This document shows, piece after piece, positions 39,459-47,672 of a DNA stretch of 64,000 nt. The notes under the pieces were generated by a model. The model was not told where the DNA came from, searched no databases, and worked only from the letters and a program-made list of their open reading frames with translations. Made by a program: the position numbers and the translations under genes. Within the stretch, counting starts at the first letter, position 1. Each line of letters starts with the position of its first letter. Origin of the DNA: an uncultured Anaerococcus sp. (lineage in GTDB: Bacteria; Bacillota; Clostridia; Tissierellales; Peptoniphilaceae); contig CALUCE010000005.1 of assembly GCA_943914475.1 (NCBI GenBank), positions 41,450 through 105,449 of the forward strand. Reading direction: 5' to 3'.

Positions 39459-41389
39459 TATTGGTGAATACCTCTATCATGGATATCTAGGGCAGCCTCA
39501 TGGATGACTTCTGAAGTCGTAGGGTGGGCAAAGACTGTATGCATGATGTCTTTTGCTCTAAGCTTATTTTTTATGGCAAGGCTTAGGCATGCTATCAGAT
39601 TTGATGCATCTGGTCCTATAATCACACAACCCAAAATCTCATCATCATCTCCTGCCAGCAACTTGATAAAGCCCTTGTTTTCTCCCATGGTCATGGCCTT
39701 GCCATTGGCTGCAAAATCAAAGATTGACTTCTTGTAGGAAATATTTTTTTCCTTAAGTTCTTCTTCCCTGTAGCCAATGCTTGCTATTTCAGGTCTTGTA
39801 TAAACAACCGAAGGAATTTCCTTATCCAAAAGACTTCTTTCATCTCCCAAGATATAGTCCACAGCAAGGATTGCTTCGTGGGAGGCTAGGTGAGCAAGTT
39901 TTAATCTATTTGAAACATCTCCTATGGCAAAGATATGGTCAACTGTAGTCTTTCTGTTTTCATCAACAAGGATATTGCCATTTTTCTCATCAACCATAAC
40001 CCTTGTCTTTTCAAGTCCAAGTCCTTGTGTATTGGCTCTTCTTCCTGTTGCCATAAGGACCTTATCTCCTATGCTTGATAAGACTTTGCCGTCTTTTTCA
40101 TAGGTAACTATATATTTTCCTTCTATACTTTCTTTTATAGAGGTAACCTTGGCAGAAGTTGAAACTCTAATATCCTTTTCTTCACAAATTCTTTCCATTT
40201 CACTTCCACAGTCCTTATCAAACATAGGAAGTAGCGAGTCTTGGTATTCTATGATATGAACTTGGGATCCAAAGGTTTTAAAGATTGAGGCAAATTCAAG
40301 TCCTATTACCCCTCCACCTATAACTAGGAGAGTCTCTGGAATCTCCTTTAAATCAAGGGCTTCTGTAGAAGTAATGACCCCTTTAAGGTCATGGCCCTCA
40401 ATTTTTAGGACGTTTTCATTTGAGCCAGTTGCTATAATAATATTTTTGGCTTCTATTATAGTAGAACCAACCTTAACTCTTTTATCATCCAAAAATGATG
40501 CCTGACTCCTTAGCAAGTCGACCTCGTTTTTCTTAAGAAGATGGTCTATACCGGAAACTAGGTTTTCTACTATGCCGTCTTTTCTCTCTACAATCTTAGG
40601 CATATTTGGGGCAAATTCTCTTGGTCCGTCTATGCCAAAGTCTGAAAGCTCTCTTGCCATATCCAAACGGTGGGCTGACTCTACCAGGCTCTTGGTTGGT
40701 ATACAACCAACATTGAGGCAGGTTCCCCCAAGCCTATCTTTTTCTACAAGGGCCACATCAAGTCCGCACTTGGCTCCGTAGATAGCTCCAACATAGCCAC
40801 CTGGGCCTGCTCCTATTACCAGGAGATCTTTTTTGATTATTTTTTCATCTCCTGTCTCTTCCAAAGAAGACTCTTCTGAATTTTCTGAAGCTTGGTTTTC
40901 CCTTGGAGTTTTTAAAATAATGAGTGTTTCTCCAGCGTCCACATCATCTCCTTCTTCATAGAGGATTCTATCAACAAGGCCTGACTCACTTGCCTTTATT
41001 TCCCTATTGCCCTTGGCTGTTTCCACATGGCAAAGGACCTGACCTTTTTCTACCTTTTGGCCTACTTCTATTTCAATTTTCCCCAAGCTGTGGGTTTTCT
41101 TGCCAGGAATTATAGGCACCTTGATTTCTACTAGGTCAAAGTCTAAAGTTTGTTTTTCTACTTCCTCTAAGATAAGAAGAGTATCTCCAACCAAAATCTG
41201 GTCTCCTTCTTCTACAAGGATTTTCTCTACTATACCATCTCCACTTGCCTTTATTTCTCTATTGCCCTTGGCTGTTTCCACATGGCAAAGCAGGTCTCCC
41301 TCTGCCACTTTTTGGCCTACTTCTACTTCAATTTTCCCCATCAAATGATTTTTTTTACCTGGTATAACAGGCACTTTTATTTCAATCAT
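39458..41389 (-). CDS. Dihydrolipoyl dehydrogenase (E3) fused to two N-terminal lipoyl domains
   Basis: There are two lipoyl-domain repeats of about 75 aa, each carrying the candidate lipoyl-lysine motif CHVETAKGNREIKAS. Then come an FAD GxGxxG (VIGAGPGGYVGA), the redox-active CxxxxC (GGTCLNVGCIP), an NAD-binding domain and the dimerisation HPT motif (AHPTTSEV). Confidence 0.88.
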   Translation of the reverse strand: MIEIKVPVIPGKKNHLMGKIEVEVGQKVAEGDLLCHVETAKGNREIKASGDGIVEKILVEEGDQILVGDTLLILEEVEKQTLDFDLVEIKVPIIPGKKTHSLGKIEIEVGQKVEKGQVLCHVETAKGNREIKASESGLVDRILYEEGDDVDAGETLIILKTPRENQASENSEESSLEETGDEKIIKKDLLVIGAGPGGYVGAIYGAKCGLDVALVEKDRLGGTCLNVGCIPTKSLVESAHRLDMARELSDFGIDGPREFAPNMPKIVERKDGIVENLVSGIDHLLKKNEVDLLRSQASFLDDKRVKVGSTIIEAKNIIIATGSNENVLKIEGHDLKGVITSTEALDLKEIPETLLVIGGGVIGLEFASIFKTFGSQVHIIEYQDSLLPMFDKDCGSEMERICEEKDIRVSTSAKVTSIKESIEGKYIVTYEKDGKVLSSIGDKVLMATGRRANTQGLGLEKTRVMVDEKNGNILVDENRKTTVDHIFAIGDVSNRLKLAHLASHEAILAVDYILGDERSLLDKEIPSVVYTRPEIASIGYREEELKEKNISYKKSIFDFAANGKAMTMGENKGFIKLLAGDDDEILGCVIIGPDASNLIACLSLAIKNKLRAKDIMHTVFAHPTTSEVIHEAALDIHDRGIHQ

Positions 41390-41411
41390 CCCTCATCCTT
41401 TCCAAAACAAA

Positions 41412-41440
41412 AGCCTGTCTTTCAACAGGCCGTAGTAAGT
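41412..41440 (-). terminator. Intercistronic hairpin plus U-run (terminator or attenuator) between osmC and the lpd fusion
   Basis: On the minus strand GCCTGTtgaaagACAGGC is followed by TTTTGTTTTGG. Confidence 0.5.
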
Positions 41441-41446
41441 AAATGT

Positions 41447-41890
41447 CTATTCAGCAACTACTTTTGATAATTTTAGTGGAACACCATTAGATAGGCAGTC
41501 ACCTACTGGACATCTTGTTTCTATAAATTCAGCAAATTTTTCTAGTTCTTCTTGGCTGTTGTCTGCTTTGAAGTGCATAGAATAACGAATTTCTTGGAAA
41601 CCGTTTCTTACTCCATCTGCTAGTCCCATAAATCCATCTGGATCTAGGTCACCTTCTAGTTCTACGTGGAAACCTTCTAGGTTTATTCCGTTAGCTTCTG
41701 CAAAAGCAAAGGCTACTATAGTTTGGCAAGAACCAAGAGCACAAAGTAGAGCTTCTACTGGGTTCATACCAGTGTCTGTTCCACCCATTTCAGCTGGTTC
41801 GTCCATGGTTATCTTGAAGTTTCTAGCTGAAGATTCTACTTGTAATCCTTGTGGTGTCTTTTTTGCAATAGCTTTAAATGTTTGTTTCAT
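41447..41890 (-). CDS. OsmC/Ohr-family thiol peroxidase
   Basis: 147 aa with the two conserved Cys of the family (CALGSCQ and ETRCPV). Confidence 0.8.
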   Translation of the reverse strand: MKQTFKAIAKKTPQGLQVESSARNFKITMDEPAEMGGTDTGMNPVEALLCALGSCQTIVAFAFAEANGINLEGFHVELEGDLDPDGFMGLADGVRNGFQEIRYSMHFKADNSQEELEKFAEFIETRCPVGDCLSNGVPLKLSKVVAE

Positions 41891-42039
41891 CTGATCCTCC
41901 TATGTAATCTTTCTAGAAATACTTAGCGTACTATCTATTCTGTTACCAGTATACTAGGACTTTTATTCTTTGTCAAGAATATAACTACCGAAACGTTTTT
42001 CTTTTCAAAACTTTTACTTATCTCTTACTTTAAATAAAA

Positions 42040-42063
42040 AAACCAGGAGGACATCCTGGTAAA
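42040..42063 (-). terminator. Terminator of proC
   Basis: ACCAGGAggacaTCCTGGT with T-runs on both strands. Confidence 0.7.
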
Positions 42064-42065
42064 AA

Positions 42066-42845
42066 TTATTTTTCTTCTTTCATCTTAAGAGACTTTTGAT
42101 AGGCTGCAAGGATAGCATCCATGATAGCTCCCCTGAAGGCCTTTTCTTCCAAAACTTTTAGTCCTTCTATGGTAGTTCCCTTGGGAGATGTTACCATATC
42201 CTTTAGAAGGCCTGGATGTTCTCCCGATTCTAGGAGCATTTGGGCTGAGCCTTTTAGGGTTTGGGCCACAAATTTATAGGCATCAGCTCTTTTTACTCCC
42301 GTAAGAACTGCTGCATCGGCTGCTGCTTCCATAAAGATAAAAGCATAGGCTGGAAGGCATCCCACTGCAGCTCCAAAACCATCAAACAAATCTTCTTCTA
42401 TAAGGCTAGCTTGGCCAAAAGATTCAAATATTTTCATAACTTGGCTGACCTCTTCCTGGCTTACTCTTTTGTTGGGACAAATAGCAGACATGGCAGAACC
42501 AACCTTTGCCGGTGTGTTAGGCATGGTCATGACAATCTTCTTAGGACCAAGCATATCTTCTAAGCCCTTTAGGCTTTGGCCTGCTGCTATAGATATAAGG
42601 ACCTGGTCGTCTATATAGTCCTTTATTTCCTCTATAAGAGCTGGATAGATGTGGGGTTTTACTGCAAGTATTATATAGTCTGAATTTTTTGCCACTTCTA
42701 TATTGGAAGAAACCTGAACCTTGCTTTGGTCAAAGTCTTTTAGATTTTTTCCTCTTTGTGAAAGTATAAGGTCATAGCCCTCATCAAGTAGGGCTTTGCC
42801 TATGATGGATCCCATAGATCCTATTCCTATTATTCCTATTTTCAT
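42066..42845 (-). CDS. proC: Pyrroline-5-carboxylate reductase
   Basis: 259 aa with the N-terminal GIIGIGSMGSIIG Rossmann motif and a C-terminal P5CR dimerisation domain. Confidence 0.88.
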   Translation of the reverse strand: MKIGIIGIGSMGSIIGKALLDEGYDLILSQRGKNLKDFDQSKVQVSSNIEVAKNSDYIILAVKPHIYPALIEEIKDYIDDQVLISIAAGQSLKGLEDMLGPKKIVMTMPNTPAKVGSAMSAICPNKRVSQEEVSQVMKIFESFGQASLIEEDLFDGFGAAVGCLPAYAFIFMEAAADAAVLTGVKRADAYKFVAQTLKGSAQMLLESGEHPGLLKDMVTSPKGTTIEGLKVLEEKAFRGAIMDAILAAYQKSLKMKEEK

Positions 42846-42866
42846 TTTTCTACCTCCACCTATATC

Positions 42867-43805
42867 TTACCTGTCTTTTAGTTTTGTATAGTCTTTTAGC
42901 ACACTTATGGACTTATAGGCAGGTCTTATAATCTTCTTATCTTGAATTTGCTCAAGTCTGTGGGCACACCAGCCACTCATCCTTGACACGGAAAAAAGTG
43001 GTGTGTAGAGTTCTTCTGGAATTTTAAGCATCTTATAAACAAAGCCTGAATACATATCGACATTGGCACAGGCTGGATAGGCCTTATCAAACCTTTCTTG
43101 AACAAGCCTTCCTCCAATTTTTTCTACCCTTTCTATAAAGGCAAATTCCTCTACTTTTCCAGTTTTCTCTGCAAGGATTTTGGCTTGTTTTTTTAATAAA
43201 ATCGCCCTAGGATCTGATAGGGTATAGACAGCATGACCCAGGCCATATATCAAGCCCTTTTGGTCAAAGGCCTTGGCATCTAATATTTTTACTAGATAGT
43301 CTGTAAGCTTTTCATCATCATTTATATCACCGATATTTTCTTCTATGTTCCTTAGCATTTGGGCAACTTTTAAATTGGCACCACCGTGGCGGGGTCCCTT
43401 AAGAGAAGCAAGGCCTGCTGCTATGGAAGAGTAGGTATCGGTGCCTGAGGATGAAACCACATGGGTGGCAAAGGCTGAGTTATTTCCTCCACCATGCTCT
43501 GCATGGACTATCAAAAGTAGGTCTAGTATCTTCGCCTCAAGGTCTGAAAAATCATCCTCATCCCTAATCAGGTGGAGTATATTTTCTGCTATGGACTTAT
43601 CTTCATAGGGATAGTGAATATATAGAGACTTGCCATCTATATAGTGTTTTTTAGCTTGGTAGGAGTAGGCCATAGTTCCTGTAGAATCTTGAGTAAGAGT
43701 TTGGTCTATTTTTATTGCAATTTCACTACCAGCCTTTAAATCGCCCTTTAAAAGATGGTCTTGTAAAATTTTCATAGCTAGTGATTTTCCCATAAAAACC
43801 TCCAT
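42867..43805 (-). CDS. Citrate-synthase-family protein, unusually short (312 aa)
   Basis: The C-terminal two-thirds align with citrate synthase catalytic blocks: HAEHGGGNNSAF, LKGPRHGGANLKV, GLGHAVYTLSDPRA, ANVDMYSGFVY and FSVSRMSGWCAHRLEQ. The N-terminal region is about 90 aa shorter than in CitZ-type enzymes. Confidence 0.7.
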   Translation of the reverse strand: MEVFMGKSLAMKILQDHLLKGDLKAGSEIAIKIDQTLTQDSTGTMAYSYQAKKHYIDGKSLYIHYPYEDKSIAENILHLIRDEDDFSDLEAKILDLLLIVHAEHGGGNNSAFATHVVSSSGTDTYSSIAAGLASLKGPRHGGANLKVAQMLRNIEENIGDINDDEKLTDYLVKILDAKAFDQKGLIYGLGHAVYTLSDPRAILLKKQAKILAEKTGKVEEFAFIERVEKIGGRLVQERFDKAYPACANVDMYSGFVYKMLKIPEELYTPLFSVSRMSGWCAHRLEQIQDKKIIRPAYKSISVLKDYTKLKDR

Positions 43806-43904
43806 TTAGTAACTTAATGCTTTAATACGTTATAATGTAATATTATATTACATTTATTCTCTATACTCAAGCTCAAGGTTCAGTCCCTTTCCTAAAATTG
43901 CTAT

Positions 43905-43940
43905 CAAAAAAACTGAAAGCCTAAACTTTCAGTTTTTTAA
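43905..43940 (-). terminator. Terminator of the nrfA-ccsBA operon
   Basis: ACTGAAAG...CTTTCAGT with T-runs on both strands, immediately after the ccsA stop. Confidence 0.7.
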
Positions 43941-43942
43941 AT

Positions 43943-44755
43943 CTATACATATGAATGCAAGCTTGGTAGGAAGGTATTTACTCCTATGTAGGTAAAGAGA
44001 ACTGCTATAAAGCCAATGATACAAAACCAAGCTGACTTTTTATCGGCAAGTCCCTTAGATCTTCTAAGGTGAAGGTAAAGAGTATAAATTATCCAGGTTA
44101 CTAAGGACCAGGTTTCCTTAGGATCCCAGGCCCAGTATCTTCCCCAAGATTTTTTAGCCCAAAGGGCTCCTGTAACTATGGTCATGGATAGGAATAAAAA
44201 TCCTACAAGTACTGCCCTGTAAGTTATCTCATCTAATTTTTCCTTGGAAGGAAGTCTAGCGTCCTTGGATTCTTTCTTATCTTGGATAAGAAACATAAGA
44301 GATGTTCCTGTGGCAACTGCAAAAGATCCATAGGAAAGGATGGCAAGACTAACGTGGATTACCAGCCACCAAGATTTTAAAGCTGGCATCAAGGGTTGGA
44401 TTTCTTTATTTCTTAAGGCTGCATAGCCTATAACTATTAAGAGTAAGGGAACTACAAAGGTACCCATGGAATAGTACTTGTACTTTTTTTCAAAAATTAT
44501 TAAAAATAAGGCTATGCCCCAGGCAAAGGCTGTTGCAAACTCATATTGGTTGGTTAAGGGTACTCTTTTTGATGCTATACCCCTAACAATAATGGCGATG
44601 GTATGGATAATAAAGGCAACCATCAAAACATTTTGAGCCCTTGTCCCTATTTTTTCGCTCTTATTTATATAGGAAAAAAAGTAGAGGACCATAGTTAGGG
44701 CATAAATAAGTACAGCAAACAAAAACAACTTATCTTCTACTTGCACTAAATTCAT
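43943..44755 (-). CDS. ccsA: Cytochrome c biogenesis protein CcsA/ResC (System II heme handling)
   Basis: 270 aa with the WWD domain (WGRYWAWDPKETWSLVTW) and conserved His residues. Confidence 0.85.
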   Translation of the reverse strand: MNLVQVEDKLFLFAVLIYALTMVLYFFSYINKSEKIGTRAQNVLMVAFIIHTIAIIVRGIASKRVPLTNQYEFATAFAWGIALFLIIFEKKYKYYSMGTFVVPLLLIVIGYAALRNKEIQPLMPALKSWWLVIHVSLAILSYGSFAVATGTSLMFLIQDKKESKDARLPSKEKLDEITYRAVLVGFLFLSMTIVTGALWAKKSWGRYWAWDPKETWSLVTWIIYTLYLHLRRSKGLADKKSAWFCIIGFIAVLFTYIGVNTFLPSLHSYV

Positions 44756-45780
44756 TTACTAACCTCTTTTCTTTTTGGACCTAAAAATACTATAAAGGTC
44801 CCTAGCATAAAGACTAAGGCTCCAAGTCCTGTAAGGAGCTCAAATCTGTCATTTCTAATATCTATAATTGTGTAGTAGTCAGGCTTGGTAAACTCAACTT
44901 GGTAGAGTCCTACCCTTACCTTATCACCTACTTCAGCAAGGTCGGTTTTGACAGGCATGGTTCCAAGATAGGCTGTATATTCTATAAGTGGATTTTTTAT
45001 TATCTTAGAATTATTAACTTTTTCCCCGTCTTTTTCTACTACATCAGGATAAAACTTGTTTAGCTTTATGGTTACCTTGGCATCATCTGCAGAAATATAT
45101 TCATTTTCCAAAAGTGCAGCCTGGCCTATTTCTTCATCTGCCTTATAAACCTTGGCATCTACATAGTAACCATAAGAGCTTTGAGAAAATTGATAGCCAT
45201 TTACAGTCATAGGATGGTTTACAGAAATTTCTCCCTGGTCGATGAGGTTTTTGTCATCATCATAAAACTTTACCTTACTTTGGTATTGGTCTACGTGCCC
45301 ATCTTCTGTAAGGAGGATATCAAAATCCAAGATTTCTATATTTAAATCTGTATCCTCAACCTTATTTATAGTATTTTTTACATTATAAACTCGACTTTGA
45401 TATGCTGTAGCATTGCCAATAACAAAAAATAAAATAATCAATATCAAGCCCAAATGCAAAAGCCACAAACCTATGTAATATGAACCTTCTTTAAATCTTT
45501 TTTCCTTAAAGATTTTTATCAGTGGCTTTACTTTTACAACTATACAAAAAAAGATTGATAGGGATAAGAAAATCGCTATTAATAAATACCACCAAGAAGT
45601 ATATACCTGGTCAAACTTCAAAAAAGTAATCACATTTCCAAAGTTTTGGTAGGCTTTTTGGTAAAATTCTGGGTCTTGGTTTTGGGGTATAAGACTTCCT
45701 ATAATAGAAGCTAGCATCAAGACAATAAGAATTATTATAGCAAACTTCATTGATGATAAAACTTTTTTTATCTTCTTCAA
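44752..45780 (-). CDS. ccsB: Cytochrome c biogenesis protein CcsB/ResB (short form)
   Basis: 342 aa with N-terminal TM helices in the ResB pattern (FAIIILIVLMLASIIGSLIPQ) and a large extracytoplasmic domain. It overlaps ccsA by 4 bp. Confidence 0.7.
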   Translation of the reverse strand: MKKIKKVLSSMKFAIIILIVLMLASIIGSLIPQNQDPEFYQKAYQNFGNVITFLKFDQVYTSWWYLLIAIFLSLSIFFCIVVKVKPLIKIFKEKRFKEGSYYIGLWLLHLGLILIILFFVIGNATAYQSRVYNVKNTINKVEDTDLNIEILDFDILLTEDGHVDQYQSKVKFYDDDKNLIDQGEISVNHPMTVNGYQFSQSSYGYYVDAKVYKADEEIGQAALLENEYISADDAKVTIKLNKFYPDVVEKDGEKVNNSKIIKNPLIEYTAYLGTMPVKTDLAEVGDKVRVGLYQVEFTKPDYYTIIDIRNDRFELLTGLGALVFMLGTFIVFLGPKRKEVSK

Positions 45781-45851
45781 ATATTTCTCCTAATCTTAAA
45801 AGGGCTGTGAAGCCCTCATACTTATAAGTATTTAGTCACAGCCCCTCACTT

Positions 45852-47150
45852 TTAAAGATCTTTTATAATATCATTTCCCTTGTTGATTAGCTCTTCTGAG
45901 TGGTCTAGGTATTTTAGAGCTTTCTTTTGGTTGTGGAAACCTTCAGAGTTCTCTACAAATACATAATCCCAGTAGAATTGAGCTTCTCTTTGGATATCTT
46001 GTAGGTCTTCCTTGGTCTTTTGATCCAAGTTACCTTCTTCAATCAAGATTTGTAGGTCCTTGATATAGGCTTCTAAAGCCTCTCCTACTGAATCTGTTTT
46101 TTCTACAACTGGCTTTTGGATACTTTCTGCAAGTTTTACTATTTCTTCTGCAGTTTGATCCTTGTGGCATTGTAGGCAGGATTCTTCAGGAGTCTTCAAA
46201 GGACTTGTCCAGTGGTGAGATGAGATCTTTTCTCCATCTTCTTCAACTTGTGGCATATGGCATGTTAGACAATCAAGGCCTGCGATTTGGTGAACTGAAC
46301 CATAGTAGGTTTCTGTCTCTGGGTGTTGGGCCTTTAAGACCTTGGCACCTGTAAGCTCGTGTTCCCAATCATAGAAGCCATCTTTTTGGTAATAAGCATA
46401 GGCTTCGTCAGCTCCAAGTCCCTCAGTCCATGGAAGTTTGACTGTTTTTTCATCAGGAGTCATGTAATATTCAACGTGACATTGGGCACAAGCTAGCATA
46501 GACCCATCAAGGTAGTCTTCAGCTGGATTGTTTTCTAGATGATCTTTCAAGTGTTGTCTGTTAATTTGAACCTTGCCTGGTGTATCCCCATGACAGTCGT
46601 AGCAAGTAAAGCCAACTATATCATGGCTTTTTACATACTCATCAAAGTCCATAGCAGAAAGACTAGGATCATCTACAAGCTCTTCGTTGAAGATTGAAAC
46701 CTTACAAGCAAGACAAGATGCACCAGCCTTAGGCCTTTTGGTGTTTATAACATCATCCAAGGCATAAACGTGACCCCTTGCTCTGTCGTATTGTTTTTCA
46801 AAACCGTAACCCTTATAGAAGGTCTTAAGGTATGGGTATTCTTTCAAATAATCTACTTGAACAGACCCTCCATATGTAGTTTTTTCCATTTCGCTATTTT
46901 TTTCAAAAGAATGAACATGTTCTGGGAAAGCTTCCTCATAGTCTTCCACAGGAGCTATGTCCTTAGGAAAGTCCTTAGTAGCAACAACCTTATTGTCTTC
47001 ATCGCTTGAAGTAACTTCGCTTGATGTAACTTCTGTAGAAGCTTCATTTGAAGGTTGATTTTCCGGAGCTTTATCTTGATTTCCACATCCATTCACTAAG
47101 AAAATAGCCAAAGCTAAAGTAAGTAAAGGAAATTGTTTTCTTATTTTCAT
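45852..47150 (-). CDS. nrfA: Pentaheme cytochrome c nitrite reductase NrfA (cytochrome c552), lipoprotein form
   Basis: It has one CxxCK (CLACK) and four CxxCH motifs (CYDCH, CAQCHVEYY, CLTCH, CLQCH). The N-terminal lipobox reads LVNGC. Confidence 0.88.
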   Translation of the reverse strand: MKIRKQFPLLTLALAIFLVNGCGNQDKAPENQPSNEASTEVTSSEVTSSDEDNKVVATKDFPKDIAPVEDYEEAFPEHVHSFEKNSEMEKTTYGGSVQVDYLKEYPYLKTFYKGYGFEKQYDRARGHVYALDDVINTKRPKAGASCLACKVSIFNEELVDDPSLSAMDFDEYVKSHDIVGFTCYDCHGDTPGKVQINRQHLKDHLENNPAEDYLDGSMLACAQCHVEYYMTPDEKTVKLPWTEGLGADEAYAYYQKDGFYDWEHELTGAKVLKAQHPETETYYGSVHQIAGLDCLTCHMPQVEEDGEKISSHHWTSPLKTPEESCLQCHKDQTAEEIVKLAESIQKPVVEKTDSVGEALEAYIKDLQILIEEGNLDQKTKEDLQDIQREAQFYWDYVFVENSEGFHNQKKALKYLDHSEELINKGNDIIKDL

Positions 47151-47338
47151 TTTTCCACCCCGCTTTCTCTTTATTATTCTTACATCTTCATTATAGCATA
47201 ATTTTTTTATATATTGGCAAAATATTTACAAGTTATTGTGACTATTTATTTTATTCTAATGAAATATATGGTAAAAATCTTTAACTTAGATAGCTTTATT
47301 GGCTTATTTCATTTATAATAAGTAAAAGAGGAGGACCT

Positions 47339-47635
47339 ATGGCCAATAGTATAGAAAAAAAGAAAAAAATCCTATCAGCTATGTTTGATATTTATATAAA
47401 AAAACACCAAGAAGAAAAAGAAAACATTTGCTCCCTCAGGGACTATGCCTTCCAAAGGATAGAAAAATGTCCCAACAATGGCAAAAAAATCTACTGTTCT
47501 TCTTGTACCATCCATTGTTTTGCAGACAATGAAAGAGCCTACATAAAAAAAGTCATGCGTTTTTCTGGTCCCAGGATGATGGTCTACCATCCTCTTATGG
47601 CCTTGGACCATGCTTTTAGCTCTATTAGAGGATAA
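47339..47635 (+). CDS. YgbA-like nitrous-oxide-stimulated-promoter family protein (small Cys-rich)
   Basis: 98 aa reading ...CPNNGKKIYCSSCTIHCFADNERAYIKKVMRFSGPRMMVYHPLMALDH, which matches the family pattern (C..C..HC ... YIK.VM...GPRMM.HP). The RBS is AGGAGGA. It is transcribed divergently from nrfA. Confidence 0.6.
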   Translation: MANSIEKKKKILSAMFDIYIKKHQEEKENICSLRDYAFQRIEKCPNNGKKIYCSSCTIHCFADNERAYIKKVMRFSGPRMMVYHPLMALDHAFSSIRG

Positions 47636-47665
47636 AAATAAGCCCCGACCGGGGCTATTTTTTTG
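47636..47665. terminator. Bidirectional terminator
   Basis: AGCCCCGaccGGGGCT followed by ATTTTTTTG. Confidence 0.8.
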
Positions 47666-47672
47666 AAAATTT

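Noticed and set aside
43943-47340. NrfH or a small tetraheme cytochrome near nrfA
   Set aside because: No additional ORF with CxxCH motifs exists in or around the operon. The gene downstream of nrfA is ccsB (resB-like), not nrfH.
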